This document shows positions 8,157 to 16,700 of a stretch of 64,000 nt of DNA, in pieces. Position 1 is the first letter of the stretch. Every line of letters begins with the position of its first letter. The position numbers and the translations under genes were made by a program. The notes under the pieces are model-generated. The model ran no database searches and was not told where the DNA came from. It was given only the letters and a program-made list of their open reading frames with translations. The DNA is taken from contig JAHHRN010000006.1 in NCBI GenBank assembly GCA_020025775.1, positions 55,475 through 119,474 of the forward strand, in the 5' to 3' direction. This stretch comes from Acutalibacter sp. Lineage in GTDB: Bacteria > Bacillota > Clostridia > Oscillospirales > Acutalibacteraceae.

Positions 8157-8655
8157 TGTCTGCCTCCTTTGCCTGTTTCGTAAGCTCCGCCAAAATATCC
8201 TTGGTCTTTTGCGGTGTCAGGGTGCCGTAGGTCTCGTCGTTAATCATCATAACCGGCGATAAACTGCAGCAACCGAGGCATGCCACGTTTTTGAGGGTGA
8301 AAAGTCCATCCTCTGTGGTTTCGCCGTCATGGATACCAAGCGTTTCGATAATCGTTTTTTCAATTAAATCCGAACCATTTACATGACAGGCTGTACCCTT
8401 GCAAAGTAAGATTAAATATTTGCCTACCGGCTTCAATCTAAACTGTGTATAAAAGGTCGCAACACCTAAAATTTTCGCAGGTTTAATCCCTGTGCGCTCG
8501 GAGATATGCTCCAAGACATCCATCGGCAGATAGCCATAAATTTCCTGTGCTTTTTGCAGAATCGTAATCAAACTGCCCTTTGTGTTTGCATAGGTCTTTA
8601 AGACATCTTCCAAAAGCGACAAATCGCTGTGAACCGCTTTACAGCTGCATTCCAT
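8149..8655 (-). CDS. NuoE/HydC-like 2Fe-2S subunit
   Basis: CKGTACHVNGS...CLGCCSLSPVMMIND, the thioredoxin-like [2Fe-2S] motif. AGGAGG RBS. Its stop overlaps the NuoF-like start. Confidence 0.85.
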   Translation of the reverse strand: MECSCKAVHSDLSLLEDVLKTYANTKGSLITILQKAQEIYGYLPMDVLEHISERTGIKPAKILGVATFYTQFRLKPVGKYLILLCKGTACHVNGSDLIEKTIIETLGIHDGETTEDGLFTLKNVACLGCCSLSPVMMINDETYGTLTPQKTKDILAELTKQAKEADNG

Positions 8656-8699
8656 TTTGCCCGCCTCCTAAAAAAATATATCAAACTATCGCAATTTAT

Positions 8700-8728
8700 A
8701 TAATAAAATAAATTATTAAAGAATGCAA
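8700..8728 (-). promoter_or_regulatory. Candidate promoter of the three-gene redox operon
   Basis: Minus strand reads TTGCAT (8728-8723), a 17-nt spacer, then TATTAT (8705-8700), about 40 nt upstream of ATG 8655. Confidence 0.35.
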
Positions 8729-8902
8729 GCGACAAATTTTGTTTTCAGCGACATATTAAGGTAAAATGTAGTTTTTCTTTCGAAAAGCGGTTAGAATTGG
8801 GTGAAGTCTTTTAATTTTTAAAATTTAAAATCTGCAAAACGTTTTTCTTTTTTGTAAATACTTCCCCTTTCCCGAAGAATCCCGTCTCCGCGCAGATTTC
8901 TA

Positions 8903-8931
8903 TTGACAAAAACACCCGTGTTTGCTAAAAT
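8903..8931 (+). promoter_or_regulatory. Candidate sigma-A promoter upstream of tRNA-Ser
   Basis: TTGACA (8903-8908), a 17-nt spacer, then TAAAAT (8926-8931). It would leave a leader of about 85 nt before the tRNA. Confidence 0.5.
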
Positions 8932-9023
8932 AGTTAAGCAGTTTTGAGAGCTTCTTTCAGAAATATTTTCTGTAAAGAATTTCGGTAAAACACACAAGGC
9001 TCTGAGAAAAGAGCCATATATAG

Positions 9024-9114
9024 GGAGATGTACCCAAGAGGCTGAAGGGTCCGCACTCGAAATGCGGTAGGTCGGGCAACCGGCGCAAGAGTTCAAATCT
9101 CTTCATCTCCGCCA
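9024..9114 (+). tRNA. tRNA-Ser (anticodon CGA), type II with long variable arm, CCA encoded
   Basis: Folded by hand. Acceptor GGAGATG/CATCTCC. Anticodon stem CCGCA/TGCGG with loop CTCGAAA. Variable arm TAGGTCGGGCAACCGGCGC. T arm AAGAG-TTCAAAT-CTCTT. Discriminator G, then CCA. Confidence 0.9.
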
Positions 9115-9119
9115 GGCGA

Positions 9120-9159
9120 GAACCTCAACGCGTAACCCGCGTTGGGGTTCTGTTTTTTT
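9120..9159 (+). terminator. Intrinsic terminator after tRNA-Ser
   Basis: GAACCTCAACGCG-TAACC-CGCGTTGGGGTTC followed by TGTTTTTTT. Confidence 0.75.
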
Positions 9160-9292
9160 GTGGGACCTACTACCCGCAAAATTGCTTGTAGCTATTTTGT
9201 AGAATTCATTCCTCTTCTATGCTATACTGTAGATATAAATTATGTGTTCTTTAGTTACAAGAATTTTTTGTTTTTGGAAAAGGGGTATCCAA

Positions 9293-10609
9293 ATGGAAAA
9301 AATGAAAGTTTCTTTGAAGCGAGTGGATTATAAGCTTTACTTTGCACTTCTGTTTTTAGGACTGTGTCCGACGGTATATTCGACGGTGCGAATTTTCTTT
9401 CTCGGACAAATGCCGAACGAATGGTCTTATTCGATTGCGGGGCAGCTTTCTTGGGTAAATCTGCTTTATGAAATTCTCAATGAAGCCATTATTTTGCCGC
9501 TGTTTTTCTTTGTCGGTAAGGTATTAAAAGACAAACAGGAATTTGAAAACCGCATTAGAAGTGGTTTACTTATGACATTTTGTATCTACTCGGTATTTGC
9601 CATCGTCATCCTCTGCACGGCAAAACCCATGCTTGTTCTTATGGCGGCAGACAGTACTATTCTCGAGCCATCCGCTACTTACATTCGCATTGAGAGCGTC
9701 GCCAATATTTTTAGCATTATGTCCTCTTTCACCTTAGTGGCACTTACAACGCTTGGCAAAGCAAACTATATGTATATCCTCACTGTGGCAAGACTTGCCC
9801 TCTCCCTACTTTCGGATGTATTCTTGGTATCTTCCCTGCCTATATCTTTACAGCTTGGTGTAAACGGCATCGGGTATTCCAACATTTTAGTAAACACGCT
9901 TTTATTCGCTATTTCTTTAGCATTATTAAAAAAGGAAGGACTACATATCTTTAGCCGTGACAAGCTTTCTTTCCGATGGATAAAGGATTTCTTGAAAGTC
10001 GGCGGGCTTTCGGGGCTTGAATCTTTTGTTCGTAACATTGCCTATATGCTGATGATTGTCCGCATGGTCAATGTTGTCAATGAGCAAGGCACCTACTGGG
10101 TCGCAAACGGATTTATTTGGGGCTGGCTATTACTTCCTGTGACACAACTGGCAGAACTAATCAAAAAAGAGGTTGCAACAAGCAAAGAAAACATTCAGAA
10201 AAACTCTCTCGGTTACTTCGGCTTGACAATGATTATCTGTATGGTTTGGATTCTCAGTATTCCGCTTTGGAAACCGTTTATGCAAAATATTTTAGGCTAT
10301 TCGGATGTGGACAAGCTGTTTTCGCTCGTTCTTCTTTTGCTTGGATTTTATGTGCTCTATGCATTCCAAAATGTGTTTGATGCCACCTTCTACGGCTTAG
10401 GCAAAACCAACTATATGCTGTTTGAATCTATCGTTACAAATACCATTTATTACGGAATCGCATTTCTTCTCTATTCTGCCGGTGTTTGGACACCTACACT
10501 CCGTGGCATCGCCCTCCTGTTCGGATGCGGTATTGCCTTTGACAGCGTTGTTTCCTGTGGGGTTTATGTGTATTTACTCCGGGAAGAAAAAATAAAAATT
10601 TACAGTTAG
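9293..10609 (+). CDS. MATE-family (MOP superfamily) efflux/flippase-like membrane protein
   Basis: About 12 predicted TM helices, with length and bipartite layout typical of MATE. I place the start at MEKMKVSL (ATG 9293, AAGGGG RBS) rather than the ORF-track 9242. AT-richer than its neighbours. Confidence 0.55.
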   Translation: MEKMKVSLKRVDYKLYFALLFLGLCPTVYSTVRIFFLGQMPNEWSYSIAGQLSWVNLLYEILNEAIILPLFFFVGKVLKDKQEFENRIRSGLLMTFCIYSVFAIVILCTAKPMLVLMAADSTILEPSATYIRIESVANIFSIMSSFTLVALTTLGKANYMYILTVARLALSLLSDVFLVSSLPISLQLGVNGIGYSNILVNTLLFAISLALLKKEGLHIFSRDKLSFRWIKDFLKVGGLSGLESFVRNIAYMLMIVRMVNVVNEQGTYWVANGFIWGWLLLPVTQLAELIKKEVATSKENIQKNSLGYFGLTMIICMVWILSIPLWKPFMQNILGYSDVDKLFSLVLLLLGFYVLYAFQNVFDATFYGLGKTNYMLFESIVTNTIYYGIAFLLYSAGVWTPTLRGIALLFGCGIAFDSVVSCGVYVYLLREEKIKIYS

Positions 10610-10671
10610 ACTATAAACCCCAAAAAATTACTCTTGATCCTCTGCATCGAAGGAAACCTTTACACTGAAAA

Positions 10672-10714
10672 ATAAAAAACCTGACTCCGTCAAAAAACGG
10701 AGTCAGGTTTTTTT
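10672..10714. terminator. Bidirectional terminator between convergent genes
   Basis: AAAAAACCTGACTCCGT-CAAAAA-ACGGAGTCAGGTTTTTTT, a perfect 13-bp stem flanked by A and T runs. Confidence 0.85.
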
Positions 10715-10753
10715 AGTTCTTATGTAGAATTCGTAAAGAGGTTTAAAAAGAAT

Positions 10754-13700
10754 TTAATCCTCATTGTTGTTCTTTTTCTTTTTAGAAAGAACCGCTACTG
10801 CACCGCCTGCCAAAAGCAGGGAGAAGGTCAGCGCGCCGACTGCGATTTTGCCGCCGGTTTGCGGAATGATAACAGGACCGTCCACGGTCTGTGCTTCCGG
10901 TTCAGTGGTCGGCTCGCTCTGAGGTTCGCTCTGAGGCTTGCTCGGCTTTGTCGCCGGTTTTTGTGCATCGGGTTTTGTGGTTGGCTCCTGCGGTTCAGGC
11001 TTTGTGGAGGGCTCCTGCGGCTCTGTCGGCGGGGTTACGGGCGTTGTTTCTACATTCACCGTAAACTCGCTTTCTTCGCTGAAAAGACCGGATTCGCTGA
11101 CTGCACGGAATCTGTAATGATAGGTGCCGTCACCATTGGTTTTTAAAGTGTTGCCGTCGAGGTCTTTCCATGCGCCGTCATTTAACTGATATTGATATTT
11201 TGCAATGCCGGAAGCTGCCTTTGAGGAAAAAGACAGGCAAACATCCGAAGAGACGGTTGCGCCGGAGGAGATATTGGTTTCTCCCGCCTTTGCTTCAAGG
11301 ATGAGTGCTTCGGGCTTTTCGGTGTCGATGCAGACCGAAATCGTCTCGATTTCACTCTCTAAGCCAGAGGCACTGACCGCTTTGAAGCTGTAATCATAAG
11401 CACCGATGTTCTCTAAAATCATCGTATTTTCGGGAAGCTTCTGCCAATCGCCGTCGGCAACTTTATAAAAATACTGTACATCGGTAAAGGCTTTTGCTTC
11501 GAGGGATAAGGTCACAGGAACTGCGGACCACTTGCCTGCTTTATAGGCTTCATCCCCTGCTAAAGCTCGAAGCTTTAACTTCGGCGCGGTGGTTTCCACG
11601 GTAACCGCTGCACTTTTAAAGATTTCGGAAACATTGCCTGCGGCATCGGTCGCACGAACTTCGGCATAGCCTTTAAAATCCTTTTGGATAACGGGTTTCT
11701 TCTCTGCCTTATAGGTATGCCAAATACCGAAATCTGCTACGGAGCCGTCTGCATTTACGAAACGATATTCCATAGTTTCGGCATCTGCGGCGCTGAGCGT
11801 CAAAATCGCTTGATGCGAATATACAGAATCGGAGGAAGCATTGCCATTCGCATCGGTAAAAGTCGCCTGTACTTCGCGCGGTGCCTCGGTGTCGATATTG
11901 GAAACGGTAACCGACTTTGTGGTGCTTCTGCCGTTATTTGCCGTTAAGGTAAAGACATAAGTGCCGTTTTGCTCAGCAATAAAAGCCTTGTGACTTTCCA
12001 ACTCTGTGCCGTTCACGGTGAAGGACTTTATGCCGGACAAGCCAAGCTTCACACCGCTGATTTGAATCTTCACGGGCTGATTGGTGGGCTTTTGCGCGGA
12101 TACTTCGAGTGTAAACTGCGGAGCTTCTTTGTCGATTTTTACCGCCTGCGGTGCAGAGATTTCGCTCTTGACACCTGCGCCGCTGACTGCTTTAAATGTA
12201 TAGTTTTTCTCCTGATTTTCGGAAAGGGTTAACACACTTCCCTCTAACTTTTTATAGGTAATGCCGTTGTCGCTGTAATAGTAAGTGACGCCGGACAGTG
12301 CGGATGCCGAAAGCGTAAAGGTAACATTTTCGGCTGTGAAGCCGTTTTCGCCGCCGCTACGCTCTACCGTTAACACGGGAGCTTCTTTGTCGATGCAGAT
12401 ATGCATAGTTTTAACTTCGCTTTCTGCATTCGTCTTAGAAACCGCCTTGAAGCTGTAAAGGAAATCGCCGCTTCTGTCTACGGTTAAGCTGTTGCCCGAA
12501 AGAGAAATCCATTCGCCGCCGTCTACGCGGTAGGCATAATGGTCGATTTCGGAAAACGCGGTGGAGGAAAGCTCTAAGGTTACGCTGTCTGCCGTCCAAG
12601 CGGAGGGCGTATAGGTCTTGCCATTGGATTTGGCTTTCAGCTCTACGGGTGTGGGAGCGCTAGTATCCACCGTCACTGCCGCGGAAGTAAAGACCTCGGA
12701 GCTGTTTTCGGCAACGTCTGTGGCTCTTGCTTCCACGAAGCCCTTATATTCCGTTTCAATCGTGGGCTTGTGTGCCGCATCATAGGCTGTCCAATCGGAC
12801 ACGGGCTCGCCGTTCTCGTTTAAAAGTCGGTATTCTACCGTTTGAATGCCCAAACCGTAGTCGAAGGCATCCACGGAAATTTCGATTGCGGAATCGAATA
12901 AGTTCCCGAACGTGAGCTTATGCAAGAACTGTTTGAAAGCGCTTGCATTCGTCTTTTCAAAATAGATGCCTGTAACGATCGGCTTTTGGGTGTCGATGTT
13001 GGTGATTTCTACACATTCGGTCTTGGTAAGGCCGTTGTTTGCGGTAACGGTTACGGTATAAACTCCGTTTTGCGTAGCGATGAATTTGCCGTCTGTGATC
13101 GGCGCATTATTGACCGTTACAGAAGCTACGCCAGAAACGCCTGCCTCAGCCTTTACCGAAACGGCATAAGCATGATTTACGGGCTTTGTCTCTGTCTGCT
13201 CGAACTGGAGGGTCGGTGCCGCTTTGTCGATTTTTACGTTGTAAGTATAAACTTCGCTCTTTTCGCCTGCGGCATTTACAGCATAGAAGCTGTAGGTTCT
13301 GTCGCCCTCTTCGCTTGCGGTAAATACGCCGTCGGGCAATTTGATTTCGCTGACACCGTCGGTGCAATAATACGTTACATCGGAGAGTGCAGAAGCCGAA
13401 AGGCTAAACTGTACGTCACTGGTGGTCCATTCGTTTACTGTGCCCTGTACGTTGACCTTTAAAACAGGGCTTTCTTTGTCGATATTTACCTTGAAGCTTG
13501 TCACGGCGCTTTCGTTGCCTTGGTTTGAAACCGCTTTGACATAGACGGTGTGTCTGCCGGCGGTTTCCACGGTATAGCTACCGTTTGAGGGCATCCATGC
13601 GCCGTCATCGCATTTTACGAGGTACTGTGCAATGCCGGAATAGGCGTTCGCGCTGAACGTTAATAAGACATTTTGTTTGCTCCAGCTTTCTGCTGCATAG

Positions 13701-16700
13701 GGTGCGCCGTTCGCGGTTGCCTGTACCTTTACGGTGGAAAGTGCGGTATGCTCGACCACGAGGTTTTCAGCAACCTGTACTTTTTCACTGCTGTTGCCTG
13801 CGTTGTCGGTGAGGCGAACAAAAACAGAACCGCTAAAATCATAATCTATCACAAGGGGTGTAAACTGGGTATCGCCGTTTGCATCGGTAGAAACACCTGT
13901 AAAGGGCTTCCATGCGCTTTCTACGCCGTCTGCCGTCACGGTTTGATATTCGGCACGAAGCACCCCGGCGTTGCCCTCGTCGCGGTATTTCACGAGAAGT
14001 TCGGTTTTGCCTGCAAGGGCAGATACTGCCGTATCATAAACATAGGGTGCTGCTTTATCGATATTTTGGATTTCCACGCTCGCCGCGGCGGTTTTGCCGT
14101 TCACAGTGGTGAGTACGAAGTGATAAGTACCGTTTTCGGAAACATTCACTACGTTTTGCGCGGTTATATCCTTGCCGTTCATCAAAACGGACTCAATGGC
14201 ATCCTGCGCCACGCCTTTTACGGTGATTTGCAGTTGTACATCTTGATTGGTAAAGACGGTTGTGCTCGGCGTAACGAGAAGCTCGGGGCTGTCGGTGTCA
14301 ATCTTTACGTTGAATGCCGGGGTCACAGAGCTTTCTCTGCCGGTGCTGTCCACTACCTTGAAGGTGTAGTCTGCGTTGGTATCTTGATTTAAAGTTAAGA
14401 TATTGCCGGCGAGGGCTTTAAAGCCGGTGCCGTCATTATAATAATAGGTCACGTCTCCCTTGGTGCCTTCCGAGAAGAGGGAGAAGGTCACGGGCTTGTC
14501 GGTGAAATCCCCGATTGTGCCACTCGGCAATACCAAAATAGAGGGTTTGCGCTCTATGGAATCTAAGGAAGTATCCATTTGTACGGGATAAGACGGGCTC
14601 TCGAAGCTTTCTACACCGGCGAGGTTCACGGCTTTGAAGCGATAGGTCTTCGTGCCGTTTTCGGTGACGGTCAAGGTATTCGAGCCCATGGGCATCCAAT
14701 CCGCACCGACAGAGTAATAATACTGCACGCCGGAGAGCACATTGGGTGCGGCTAAGGTAAAGGTAACCGGGGCATTGGTCGGGCTACCGATTGTGCCCTC
14801 TATGCCAACCTGCAAGGCAGGTGCGGCGTTTTCAATTTGCACTTCAGCACCAGCAATTTCACTTTCTAAGGTTGCATTGGAAACGGCTTTGAACGCATAG
14901 CGGTGAACGCCGTCGCTATGTACCTGCAAGGTGTTGTCGGTCATGGGCAGCCACTCGCCACCGTCCATTTGATAGAAATAGGCGAAAATGCCCGAATAAG
15001 CTGTAGAGGAAAGGCTGAAGGTGACATCTCCTGCCACCCAGCTGCCGTCATAGGCTTTACCGTTGTGCACGGTTGTGACAGTCGGAACAGTCGGCAGAGC
15101 GGTATCTACGGTGATACCCTTGGAGCGGCTCGGCAGAGATACATTGCCGTTTGCATCATATACACGTGCTTCGACATAGCCGGTAAACGGTGCCGCCACG
15201 GTGGGCTTTTCGTTGCTCTGATATTCTGCCCAAGGTGCAAGCTCTTTACCGGAACTATCTAACAGGCGGTACTCGATTTTTTCAATCGGCGCAGCACCTG
15301 TACTGTTAGCGGTAATGGTGATTTGCGGCTCGGCGGCATAATAACTCCCGAACTCGTTGGGAAGCACTCTTGCGGGAGCGCCGAAATCTATCGCCGTAAT
15401 TTCTAACACGGGGGTATAGAAGTTTTGCACCTCTAAGGTTTTGGAATAAATTTTGCCGTTTTGACCGAGGGCGGTGAACACATAGGTACCGTTTTTAGAA
15501 ACGGTGACACTCGTTTGCCCTGTAATATCCACCCCGTTCAGAAGCAAGGATTTAAGACCCGATGCGCCTGTGGTAACCTCTACGCCGACGGCATAAGGCT
15601 CTGTGGTCGCTTCGGTGACCTGCGGTGTGAGCAGGATATTCGGCAGTTCGGTATCGTTCATAACCTTATAACTGTCGGACGGATAGCTTTCTGTTCCAGC
15701 ATGGTTCACAGCCTTAAAGCGATAGGTCGCATTCACATTCTCGTTTATTTCGATAGTCGCGCCGGTTGTAATCAAGGTCCAGCCGTTGCCGTTGTCATAA
15801 TAATAATCCACACCCGAAAGCGAGGGTTCTTCCGTGCGCAGGCTGAATTTCACGCCGTCGCCGGTCCATTTACCGAAGGTGCCTTCAAAATCAACACGAA
15901 TCACGGGAGTCTGTCGGTCGATTTTGACTTCGACTTTGGAAAGCGCACTTTCTAAGGTAGAATAGCTAATCGCTTTAAATTCATAGGTATGTGCGCCGAT
16001 TTCGGTCGCTGTGAAGGTATTGCCCTCTAAGCTCTGCCATGCACCGCCGTCCATGCGGTACTGGTATTCGTAAATGTCGGAAAAGGCGGTGGAGTTTAAG
16101 GTGATTTGCACATCGCCTGCCACCCATGTGCCTGCGGTATAGGGGGCATCTTGATAGGAAGCTGTAACAGCAACATCGGTCGGATTGACGGTATCAATTA
16201 CATAACCGTCGGAGCGGAGCACGTCGGAAACGTTGGTCGCTTTATCCACGGCGCGTGCCTCGACATAGCCTTTAAAGTTTACATCCTGCGTAGGCTTATG
16301 GGCATCGCTGTATGTTTCCCAAGTTTCCTTGAGCGGCTGGCCGTTTTCATCTAAGAAACGGTATTCGATGCGGTCTAAGCCGGCAACGCCTTTGTCCTCT
16401 GCTGTAATGGTAACCTCAACCTTTTGGTTAAAGAAAAGACCGAAGGTGATTTTATCTAAGAATCTGGCAAAAGCACCGTCCTCTTTATTGGCAATCGAAA
16501 CGGAAAGCACGGTAGGTGCTTCCTTGTCGATATTGGAAACGGTGAGAGTCTTGGTGCAGGAAAGCCCGTTCTTTGCCGTTAATACTACGGTGTAATCGCT
16601 GTTTTCTTCCACGAGGAAGCCGTCGGGCGTAGCGGTAATATCCGCACCGTTTAAGGTCACGGACTGCACGCCGGAAGCACCGATGGTAAGGTCTGTAAGA

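Noticed and set aside
8818-9096. 92-aa minus-strand ORF overlapping tRNA-Ser, and the 66-aa ORF at 60384-60584 overlapping tRNA-Leu
   Set aside because: Both are explained by the tRNA genes and their promoter and leader regions. The translations are implausible.
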